Shown here: in pieces, positions 1 to 15,686 of the stretch | How positions within the stretch are numbered: the first letter of the stretch is position 1 | How the letters are laid out: every line of letters begins with the position of its first letter | Source: Catajapyx aquilonaris | Lineage: Eukaryota | DNA length: 51,171 bases | Direction of reading: 5' to 3' | NCBI GenBank assembly: GCA_000934665.2 | Contig: JYFJ02002773.1 | Span: 1-51,171 of the forward strand | Notes under the pieces: generated by a model | What the model was told of the DNA's origin: nothing | What the model saw: the letters and a program-made list of their open reading frames with translations, nothing else | Databases searched by the model: none | Position numbers and translations under genes: made by a program

Positions 1-382
1 GCCCCAAAAATATCTGAAAGCAGACTAATCTGCACTGTTTCGAAGGAAAATTTGTTTAAAAATGATACATACCTAAACACAGTGTGAGTGAACAAATACC
101 ATGCCATGAGTTTCTCCTCTGGCGTAGTGGAGGCACGGGTGGAGGTGTTCTCTCACCTGTGAGCCTGTGAGTCACTTGGTGGTTCGTGTTCTTTCTTTGA
201 CAGCAATGGAGGGAATGGGCCAAGGAATGCCAAACACTGGCCTCTGAACGGGAAAGCAGGTCTGTTGTCAACTCACTATTGAGGGATGTCATGCTTTCAA
301 TGTTCAGTGCAGCATATTAGCATAACAATCTGACTTCATTGCAGGCTGACTGATAGGCCGTTAGACGTGGGTAGAAGTGACA

Positions 383-4907
<4,525 letters not shown>

Positions 4908-5013
4908 TGACAACGTTTTAAAATGTGCTTGACTTATTATTTCGTAATACAACCTTACGCTGTGAGCCTTAATGCAATTGTTCATGCCTTGAACATTCCT
5001 TTAGGCTGTGGAA

Positions 5014-5019
5014 AATAAA
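5014..5019 (+). terminator. Candidate polyadenylation signal of TBCD
   Basis: AATAAA about 107 nt after the TBCD stop codon; position-based inference only. Confidence 0.45.
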
Positions 5020-5124
5020 TAATTAACAAATGCTTACTATTGAAGGTCAATGATTTGCATGTGCAAGTAGCAGGATGTTGACAGACACAGACCATCAAGG
5101 GAAGAGGAAATGGAGCATCTAGAG

Positions 5125-5356
5125 CAGTGCTTCCCAAACTGTGGGTCGCGACCCTGTTTGGGATCGCGAGGGAGGGTAACAAATTATTTTCACAAAATGA
5201 TGCTATCTTTCTTGAAAATCATGACCATACGGTAAGGTCATTTCACTGTTTACCTGTCTTTTCATGTTGGCAGACCGAAATGTGTACATATAGGGGGTCG
5301 CAAATTTTACGAGACGATTTTGTGGGGTTGCCAACAAAAGAAATTGGGAAGCACTG
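5125..5356. mobile_element. hAT-Charlie-type MITE (232 bp)
   Basis: Perfect 13-bp TIR CAGTGCTTCCCAA...TTGGGAAGCACTG. Perfect 8-bp TSD ATCTAGAG at 5117-5124 and 5357-5364, matching the NTCTAGAN target preference of Charlie-group hATs. No transposase. Confidence 0.9.
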
Positions 5357-5525
5357 ATCTAGAGTTTCAACAAGTCAATTGAGTGTGCTTGTCAATATTG
5401 CAGTCTGCATTTGTCTACTAATGAATGGGAAGATTCTCACTAATGGTTCCGGAATTCTCTATCTCAGAAATAACTCTACACCACTGCTCCTAGCAAGTAT
5501 ATTTTAAAATTACTAATTGTAATTG

Positions 5526-5760
5526 TGACCCAAAGTTGTGGGTTCGAACCCGGCCGAGGTCGGTGACTTTTCTCCAGGTGGTAGAAAAGTGAGAGTGCGC
5601 CTTCCTTCGGAGGGGAAGTAAAGCCGTCGGTCCTGTGTGCTTGTGACGAGTGCACGTTAAAGATCCCCAGAGTGGCCAAATTTCCAGGACGAGGACCACC
5701 CCCTGGCGTCGGTGTTGAGCCTTAGCGGCAGAAATAGGCCGACGTTAAGCCCCCACTGAA
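5526..5760 (+). mobile_element. 5'-truncated tRNA-derived SINE with Nin/Deu-like central domain (resembles tick Ruka-type SINEs)
   Basis: Pol III B-box GGTTCGAACCC at 5541-5551; A-box not seen. Followed by CCTTCGGAGGGGAAGTAAAGCCGTCGGTCC, GTGCACGTTAAAGATCCCC and a 3' GACGTTAAGCCCC, which recall Deu/Nin-domain SINE cores (from memory, not aligned). Confidence 0.7.
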
Positions 5761-8700
5761 CAGGTACTAACCATACACTGATTGAATTCCACCCGTTGGT
5801 TGTCTGAAAACTAAAATGCCTAACTTTGCTCAAGTGCCCAGATATTAAATAAACATAGGTGTACACATATGAACATTAATCCCAATGTGCCAGTTTGGCA
5901 CTTTCACCAAAACGCATTGCAAAAAATAAGATATAGTTACTTAGTTGTCCTCACATGCAGTCAGTAGACTATTCTACTTTGAATTCCCAGGCTGATGTAT
6001 AACATGAAATAGCCAACTAAATGAAATGTGTTCTGAAGTTCCTAAAGTTATGCTCAGCCTCTTTGTAACATCAGCATAAAATTGTGCATGAATCTTGTCA
6101 CAATCCTTCGTTATCATGACATGATATTCAGGCATGGAAAGCATAGGTGCTTTAGATCCCCACTCTTCTACCAGCATGTATTGTACACTCAAAAAGGCTT
6201 AAAACATTAATGACATAACTTATGAATGCTGGCTCCTAATGAAAACTATAGTGCAAGCATTCCAAGCTAATAATCAGGCTTCAGGTTTCGTTACATTTTG
6301 CTAATAATTTACCACTTGGAAAATAAAATCTTGTTACAAGATGTACAGTATTATGCTCTGCTTTTGGTGTAAACTGTAAGGCATAAAAGCACAATTCTTT
6401 TGTGACACTCACAGAATCAATGTGCTTGGAAAACAAATGCACTGTAGTACTGTAAAATGATGTGCATGGTGCCATACTGCACACGACTATGCAACTGTCC
6501 CTGGAAAAAATACTAATTTTTAACCAAGCTCTGTACAGTGCTTGATGCAATTAAAAAATCATTTTTACAGTGACTGTGTTTTGGTCCTATTTAATAATAA
6601 AATAATTACGTATGCACAAGTGTGGTGACACCAGTGTATGATGGATATTATTTTGTATAGCCTACTTATAAATGGAAATTGTGTCAAATTTCCAATCACT
6701 TCTGTTACCTAACCTGCAAGTGCAGTAGTGAGTTTTAGGTACATATAACATTATCAAAAGATCTAAATACGGTAGTAGTCTATATCAATAAAGTACTGAA
6801 CTACTCTGACCAACTTATATAACCAGCTTGTGAGTGGAATGTAAAAAGCTGATTCAACTGGAAGCTCTTAGGCAGACATGAGCTTCTTATATTATCTCAT
6901 GTCAAGGCAAAGGCATAGCAATATTCTGTCTGGAAGGAAGCAGCGGAGCAAGACGAAGGGGGAACGGAAGAGGGGACAGTGATTCTGGGCCAAATCATTA
7001 CCATATGGAATATTAATGCAATAGAACCCGGAGGCTCTCCCATTGAATGGTATGCTAATCCAATGCCCTTCAGACACGCTTTGGCATCGGCTACATTTGA
7101 GCACTCATCGAATATTCTGATCTTCCCAAGAGCGAGGCTACGGGACCCGCGGTTCTGATCCCCAATTATATCGCGCATATATTATCCAAAGAAAAATTCT
7201 CTAAGGCAGTTGCTTTCCTATAACATGTACAGAACACGTAACTTACATTAAGAGCCAAGGGTATAATATTTCAGGACGAATGTATTTTGAGGAAATTATA
7301 TTTATTTCTGGAAATGTTTTCCTGCTGGCCTATTACGTGCCTTCCATCCTGAACCGCATCAGATTTCCACCGATATCATGCAATCACTTCTGTACAGAAC
7401 GATTGCCCTCGCCAACAACATCAGATGAAGCACGACAGCTCATCAATATCCTCGGATGCCAATAAAATGCGATTTTTCCTTCCATTATATTGTTGTGAAA
7501 TTGGATCCCGCCCTTTGTAACGCTCATTTCATCTTGGAATATACCCTGCCCTATTTCTGATAAAATATTTGCATCCTGGAGATAGGTATGCCCATATCTA
7601 CTATGGAATTATGAAAACAAGCATCAAAACTTTGGTATTTGGCAACAATGCTAATGACGTCATTTGCAGATAAGGCGGTAATAAACAACCCGAAAGCAAA
7701 ACACGTCTTCTATTATATTTCCCTGTCGTTGAAACTTGCGAACGCTATCCGTTAGCAGCGATTGCATATTGGGCAGCGCAACGTGACGGCCTGTTTATGC
7801 CAGCCAAAGACGTGCCAAATAAAAACAAGACGATACTGCGACACCTCCTTTGTCCCCAGCAATCCAGAAAGTCGTTAGTCTTACGCTATTGCAAATGACA
7901 CTTTGGCTACAGGCCTAATTGCCGGCCTTTTTTTTTCCTCTCTGGATCCCCGATTAATTTCCCTTCCAGCACCCTGACTCTTAAGCCCCATCAGTCAAAG
8001 CCCTTCAAAATCCTCCCATTTGGCTGCGTACTAGATCCGATTATATGCGTGGGCCACATGGTCCACACACAATTGAGGGTGACAATAGGCATCGAGTGAG
8101 AGACTCTTCCTTTTGATGTGTGTCGGCCGCAGCAGCTTCCTGGCTTGTGTATTGATTGCCCTCCGCGGACTACGTCAGCGATTGTGTTACGTGAGCCAAG
8201 TCCGAGGCCGCCGACGCCAGCCAAATGAGATTCGCATCCTTTCACTCATGGACCCTAAAACAAATCTTCATTCTTGATACGCCCCTCACGATTTTTGGCT
8301 TTGTCGCACGACCAGACGGTCGGTCGCACGGCGAGTCGCTTTGCGACCGGCTGGCCGTGCGACCGACCAGCAAGTGTGTCGGAATTTTGCCTAGCCAGTT
8401 AGACTCTGATGTCAAACATAGGGTCAACTCCCATCAATTTGGGCACCTTAAGTACCCCTGATTAGTGACACGATATCTGGTCCCCAACACTCCTCCCCAA
8501 GCCCATGGCAGCGCGTATCTGCGCAGCTGTTGGACATTGCGTCTGTGCAGAGCAGAAGCGCCTCTGAGAGAGAAGAGCTGGTCTAACGGAGTCACGGACC
8601 GCTGCAGAACCAGCAGAGGTGCCGTGTCTGCTGGACGAGCAAAGCGGGTTGACACTGTGTGACACCCGCGTGTGACACTCTGCATTACCTCGGAGGATTG

Positions 8701-11700
8701 TGAGGGAGGGGAAGTGCGTGCGCTGCCCCTCCCCACACACGCACATACGTAACATCAGGTTAGTATTTACCCACCGGATGTTCCGCAATCTAAGAAAGTA
8801 CAGGATGTTCCGCAACTCTTCACATCAGTGGGGGGTTGACAAATTTGGGCGCACAGCCACCAGATCATAATTAGTTTTTCACTATGTGAAAAAAGGACAG
8901 GTTTATATAACTTTTGTGTGTGTGCGGAATATGCGGCTCTTTTTCCGGATCTGACAGTTCATTTTTCGGTTGTCTTGCTGCGTTGGCAGGTAAGCATTCG
9001 ACGAATTTTCCGGATGTCACACATGCGCTCTGTGCAATTATGCCACATTTTTTTTCTTCTTCTAAAATAATTTTTTTGAAACTGGTCAGTATATGACATC
9101 ACAACAATCTTGATAAATAATATTGGGCTAACAAACGCAGCTTCTTTTTCACTTGGCGGATCTCCAACAGCGATTCTGTCGCACACACAAAGTCTCAACC
9201 ATAAATCGATGTCGCAAAAGGCTGATGTTAATACCTTATTGATCGAGTGGGTGCCTGATCGTGAGTTTGGTCACTCATGTTGGATTTATTCTTCACATTT
9301 TTTGGGGGTTGCAAGAATGTGGTATATTTGCGCTTTCAAAACCTGCTAATTGGTGTACCGTCCGTGCTGAATTTGACGATCGGACGATTAAAATGACGGT
9401 AGGGGGGCTAGGAGCCAATAATTAGGCGACTATATTTTCCGACACGTGTCGTCAAAAACGGGCTGGATAATTATTTGGAAGGGTGAGGGTGATACGAATC
9501 GCGTTTTCTTATACAGAGGCGCTAATCGCCTGTACTTACTCAATTTACGACACTTTTGCACTGCTTTTGCAGGCGGGGTTTATTACAACTGGGGATAAAC
9601 ATGGTTTTATACCAGAGCGTTTATTTGCTAGAATTGGATTATTACCAGGCTGAAACGACGAATAATAAACAAACACACAAAAAAAGGACCGGCTGACTTT
9701 TTCAATCGATTCAAGGCTGGACACCATCGATTCATGTGGTAATAACATGTGCTTTGTTATGTAGGTTACAATCCTGAGGTCTTAACCTACTTTGTAATAT
9801 CTCCGCATCAAACGTACACGAAGCGTAGCGTGAGCACGCGAAAGTCCAAATTGCACACAATCTTTAGTACAGGGTGTACCATGATGTAATTGGCACCTGA
9901 AGCTATCGGAAATACCCTGTCATCTCCACAATTCGACATTAATTTCCTGCGTGCCACTACTCCGGGTGTCAAAGGCCGTCACTTCCACCATTTTCTGTAG
10001 GTGTCCGTCAAAAGACAGGGCATGAATTAAATTGCCGGAATGGGTGGTGTTGTTGTTGGGAGGGCAGGCCGATTGATGGAGTCGATGAAGGCGGAAGCGA
10101 TTTCCCCAGGATCCGATATTGAGGCAGAAGTATAGGAGAGAAAACTGTGGCGCAGCGTGCCTGTGCATTGATGGAATCGATCCCACGAACGACGATTCAA
10201 CAGTAATCATCACTTACGGAGGATCTGTAGGATAAAAAAAACGTTCTCTGAAAAGTAAATTCGGCATGTTTATGAATATCTTGACCGAATTACTATACAT
10301 AATGCAGTGTTTCCTCCCGAACGAATCCGACCACCCAAAAAACTGGTTGTAGAAGAAACCCCGCAAAATATTTAATTATTAACAACCCGTCCCAGGGAAG
10401 TTGGTCGATGTGATTGCGCAGCATTTGCAATAATGGCCGGGCATCGACCACTTCCCCCATATAATGGCATGATGACATACGAGGCAACAGATGCTAATAA
10501 AAGCGAACAAGTGAGTGGAATCGGAATAAATGGCGTCGTTTGGAAGGCTTTTCGCTATGACATGCTACAAAACACTGTCACACACTGCAAAACGATGGCG
10601 ATGCGCAAATCAAATAAGCCGGTGTTGGGGATACGGTATGCTCCATTTTTTGTGTGTGGTCCAGTGTAATAAATGAGATCGGGTGTCACAAGTAGGTGAT
10701 ACCATGAAGTATATGGCCACCTTTGATGTACTGGTTTGAATATCCTTTTTTTTTTTGCCGCCATGGTTTTATCCACTTTGGGCGATCTTAATTCCTCAGT
10801 GCGAAGGGGGCTTATGGCGGGTTTTTACGAGCCAGTATTTTTTGTCGGTTGGCACTTTCAGAGGAGCCGGCATGGAAATTAGGGGGAAAGTTCTAAGCGA
10901 GACGGTGGATAATTATAAGGGATGCAATGGCACGGCATTGCACATACATTGTCGCTGTAGCCAGACGACCAAGGTTGGTGGAAAGATTTTTGGATTGGAT
11001 ATGTCTGGTGAGCGCCTGGATGGTAGGCATAGCTGTGAGACGACCCTGAGGTCATATACCGTTCAGGATGAATTTTTATAAATTTACTACATCTTAAAAT
11101 TAAGAAAAAATATCTTAAATTTTTATTTAAATTAAACAAAGTTAGTGGTTCAGGTTGAAGAATTTGAGAATGCCAGTAATTGACTATACGACGTTGAACT
11201 TGGCCGTATTTCAGATCTCACCACTTTTGACGGCCAAGCAGAACTTGGCCTTTTTTTTTTACAGAAATGTTTTTGGTGGGATTATTGTTAACACCAAGAA
11301 TTTCACATAATTTGAATCCACACACCCATGGGACTTTAAAGGCTTTAAGCCATTAAATCCACGTGAATGCAGGAGCGTACTTAAATTATTCAACACTAAC
11401 GAGTAAAAACCATCCATAAATAACAAGAAAGGAAAAGTGTCGCTATATCTGGATGTTAGTAACGTGATCGCATCCTCTTCTTCTCCCTAGACCCTGACCC
11501 ATCAAGGACGTGTTTAAACCAGGGGGACTCGAGGCCCGAAATTGGTTATCTGTCTCTTGGCACGTCCTAGGTGACTTGATGACTCGAGGGGGTGGAGGAA
11601 AAGAAGGAAGGCGTGGGAGGGGTGGGTGGATTTTACTGAGAAAAATGGTCCGATAAGGTGGCTTGGATGCCTCAGAAGGCGGAGGCCATCTTTTCTACCA

Positions 11701-14700
11701 AGACGCTGCTTTATGGCTGCGGGGATATGAAAATGAACACTTTGCATCTAAGTTATACGCCAGGGGGTTGAACAGTGCGTAACAAAGGCGCGGATAGTGA
11801 GGGAAATATGGCGAATATAAAAAAGGTAAAAACTGGACCATGAATTGGGGAGAGCCTTTACTATATGGTGGGCCTCAGCAGGCAGAAATGTTTTCGTGAA
11901 AGAATATGAAATTTAATTTTAAAAATAGTTTCATACCATAGCTACATGACTACAACTGATTTCATATCAAAATGTGCCACACAAAAATCAAAAGCTCTTT
12001 TTTGGACCTCTGGCTTTATTGCGAATTTTTTGGGCTAGAAATTCAGTCCCCGGATTTCATCCCTTCAGGTGGAGGGTTTTATAGCTGTCCAAAAAAGGCA
12101 AGGGTTGTATTGAAAAACTGTAAACTGTTTTTGCTTCAGGCAACTTAATGTACTGTACCACCTGCTTTTTCCACGTTGAAAAAAAATTACAAGCGCTTCC
12201 CTCCATGCCATCCTCTTTTTTTTTCCATTTTCTGCAAAAAAGGCCTTTGGTTTTCCTTTAGAGCTAACCCAGCGAAATAATTTTGCGTCAAGCACGTACC
12301 AACTCGGGCAGGATTTTCAGGGGTGGAGGAGGAGGATATTACGCTGCAGTTACCCCCGAAAACTATTCAACAAGTTAAAAACACATTTCATCGTGGCCTA
12401 TTCCCGAGGGACATTTTTCTTGCATTTTTGAATAAAACTGCCGGGGGAAGTGGGTGAGTGGCAAATTCGCTTGTTTTGAGTGCAAAGTGTGCCTCCTTTC
12501 TGCTTTGAGGTGGGTTATTATAGCGAAAGAATAGTCGCTGAAGGAGTCTTCTTTTAAAAGGTTTTTTTGAGCAGTTACGCACCGGAACTGTTAGAACAAT
12601 ATCAATCATCTCGCCAAATAATTTTATTCCCACTAAGCATGCTTATGCAGCACTTGATTTAAGTGAATATAATTAGCTTGTTTAATATTTTTATACACCA
12701 TACTTAAGTCATACTTAGTAGATAGATTGTATTACCTCAACTTCTATAGTCTAGCACCCAGATAATAAATTATTACGCAATATCTGTTCAATATTCGGGG
12801 CAAACCATTCCACAAATAGATTTGTGCACTTCCATGTCACCTTGCCCCTGCATTTGCATCATTACAAGCAAAAGGTTGCATGTAAATATCTGCTGATTAC
12901 CATACCTTAATTGGACAGGTGTAGTTGAAACGCACTAGGCAACTAGCATGAGGTGCAAAATTGAGCAACTTCTAGCTTTCATATATACAAATTTACAGTA
13001 ACCTAATTATCCTGTCGGCACACATTATCAGGCGCATGCATGAGAAATGTCTCCAATGCCATATACTCTTAAAATTCAGTTGTTTTTGTCCATGTGTGGA
13101 ATAATTAGTTTTCACGGTACACTGCGCGTGCAATTAAGCACTAAAAATAGTTACAATGACTTTTAGTCACGGTTCAGTGCGGAACCTCAGGCAATTGGCT
13201 ATATATGCGCGGGGAGACTAAAAATGTGGAATAACGCATTTGAAATGACGTCGCGTTAGCTATATTAAAAAACTGCAATAAAGTCAGAACGAGTGTGATT
13301 GAAACTGAATCTAATGAACGAAATTGGCAAGGTGAAAATAAATGTTCGGACGGTTGTACATAATTATAGAGGCAGTAATAAATTACCGGTATATCAGGAT
13401 ATCATATAGGTATATTTCAGCCTCTTTTTTGTGCTATGCTGCAGATTCAAAATTTGAAACAGCCTTTTCCTTTGAAAGTGAGCAAACAAGCACAAATTTT
13501 ACCGAGCAAACTCTCGTGACTATAGCACACTGTGCTAGCAAATTGTATATTCCTATAGGCACTCTTTCCGAAAACCACACTTTTTGTCGCACACTCTGAG
13601 TGAAAAAATTGCATGCAAGTTTATGAGCTGAAAAAGTCGCACAATTTTGTAGGCCTACATATCATTCATACAAACATGTTAGCTACTGATCGCAAATGAA
13701 ACGCTTTTATAGTGCTGGTATAAATATGTAAAACTTACAGCAACGTTTTCTGCCATTTACAATCGTGTCATAACAATTTTTCGTACTTAACTAGAGGTGT
13801 ATGGTGCTATATCCAACTGTACACTGTACAGTTATCAGGTACCTCTATTTCACTTTGGAGAGCACTGGTGGTTGTATACAACTATCCGAACCGTTTTTTG
13901 ATATTCATTTTATTACTTGATACATATTTAATGTAATGAGTAATGAGTGGTTCTACTTGCCAAACTGAAACGTCTGAAATAGTCCTACACGAATAACATA
14001 TCTGAGAATGCTTTCAGCAGCGCATTTTTATCCTAGGCCTGAAAAGCGAGCCCCTCATGCTAAAAGATGATTTTTTTGGCAATCTTGCAGATTCTTTGCG
14101 CTGATCTTAGGAGGCGTGACTGCGCCACTTGTCCCTCTTTATGTCCACTGCATTGCCGAAAATGTACCCGATCCGGTCCACCGAATCTTTTCCAGATTCA
14201 TTCACCTTCCACTATACATGCTTCAGTTTATCACCCCTTCCAGCACTTATTTTAATCCTCCGAATCGCACCATGAGAACCCCACATTTTCGCCCTAATTT
14301 CGAATGGTAATAAGGTTCCCTCTTGATGAAAGCGACATCTAGTTGGAAATTCAGTGGCAATTTGTAAAAGAGGGATGGAAAACCGAATAGTTCCACGATA
14401 TTACAGTGCATGGATCCTTTTGTGCGGAAAAACCAGCCGTCATTATATTGCCTACATTTCATCCAATGTTTATGATTGCGGGATCGAGGTTTTTTTTTGG
14501 GGGGGGGAGGGGGGGAAGAACCTTTTTATAGGTTTTCGATGCTGGCCTCACCGTGTAGAAAGAACGAAACGTCGCGCTTCAATAATCGGGAAACGTTACT
14601 AAAACGTTAGCTTTTGTCGTCGTCGGGAGAAAGGAAAAAAAAAAATGTCGATGTGGATACAGCCACCTGATGTTGCCATGTCAACCTCGACGACTTGTAA

Positions 14701-15516
14701 AGGAGTCCGGAAACGAAGAAGAAGTGGCGTGATTTGATAGCTGGTTATTTTTTATTGGCGGCTCGGGATCCGAAAAAAAGTTTCAAAATATTTTTGCTCC
14801 TGTCTGTATCCTTTAGGTCGACATTTATTGGTTACTTCCTATAGTAGCCAGCAGGTATATGATGGGACCGTAAATTGAGGCTTCTCATAGCCCAATATAA
14901 ACTGCAGGTATAGCTCACACTCCTAAACAGGTTGGTGCGCACTTCTTGCATGGCTTCATCTCAATGTTTACAGACCCTTGGCCTGGAGGGAGCCACTTCC
15001 CTAAAATGTCATGCACATTGATTAAATGTCACTTTTAGTCGAAAATCCGAACACCACACTTTTAGAGTAAGTTAAGCCTCTTTGTAAAGCCATAACCAAC
15101 AGTAAATTAAAGGGTACAGGTTGTACTTCATTAATGAACAGCCCCGGTACCAGCTCATCTGGTATTGATTCCACAATTTGTGTCCTAAGTATCGATAAAG
15201 GTAGCAAGAGAAGCGAGTGTTCCCAAAAAGCCGATAACTCCAGCTCTACACACCTCCCGACGATTTCCCGGCAGCTACTTGACGCCATTGGCATTTGGCT
15301 CCTATTAACATAAATTCCATTCCATCTCCCGACTTGGGCGATGTCTCTCGCCAAGTCAGACCTGAGCCAGGAATTGAAAAAATGTCGACTTTACAAGCCC
15401 GCGATTGATGGTTCTCGACGAATAATTCGGGCGAGCGCCTTGTCTGCGGTCGTGAAAGAATGAGAGAAAAAAAGGGATTCACATCAGAGGGTGAATGCAC
15501 TTCCTCTATGTCTTAT

Positions 15517-15638
15517 CCTCCTGAGACCCCTGGTACAGTATACTGTACCTTTGTTTTTTCCAGCACCTTCTGACTAACTCAAACGCGTAAAAAAAACACA
15601 AAGGTGATTGAAAGGTGTACTATAGGGGTCTCAGGAGG
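15517..15638. mobile_element. piggyBac-like MITE (122 bp)
   Basis: Perfect 15-bp TIR CCTCCTGAGACCCCT...AGGGGTCTCAGGAGG with CCY termini. Flanked on both sides by TTAT (15513-15516, 15639-15642). Confidence 0.75.
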
Positions 15639-15654
15639 TTATACTATTCTATGA

Positions 15655-15686
15655 GTAGAATAGTACAGTATACTGTACTATTCTAC
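15655..15686. repeat. Perfect 32-bp palindrome
   Basis: GTAGAATAGTACAGTA|TACTGTACTATTCTAC, exactly self-complementary with no loop. Confidence 0.95.

Noticed and set aside
56..292. 78-aa minus-strand ORF ending near a GTATGT donor-like site
   Set aside because: No recognisable domain. It lies in the probable TBCD 5' intron or upstream region and cannot be supported without flanking sequence.
5526..5560. tRNA gene
   Set aside because: Only a B-box/T-arm is present, with no A-box or cloverleaf; better explained as a SINE head.
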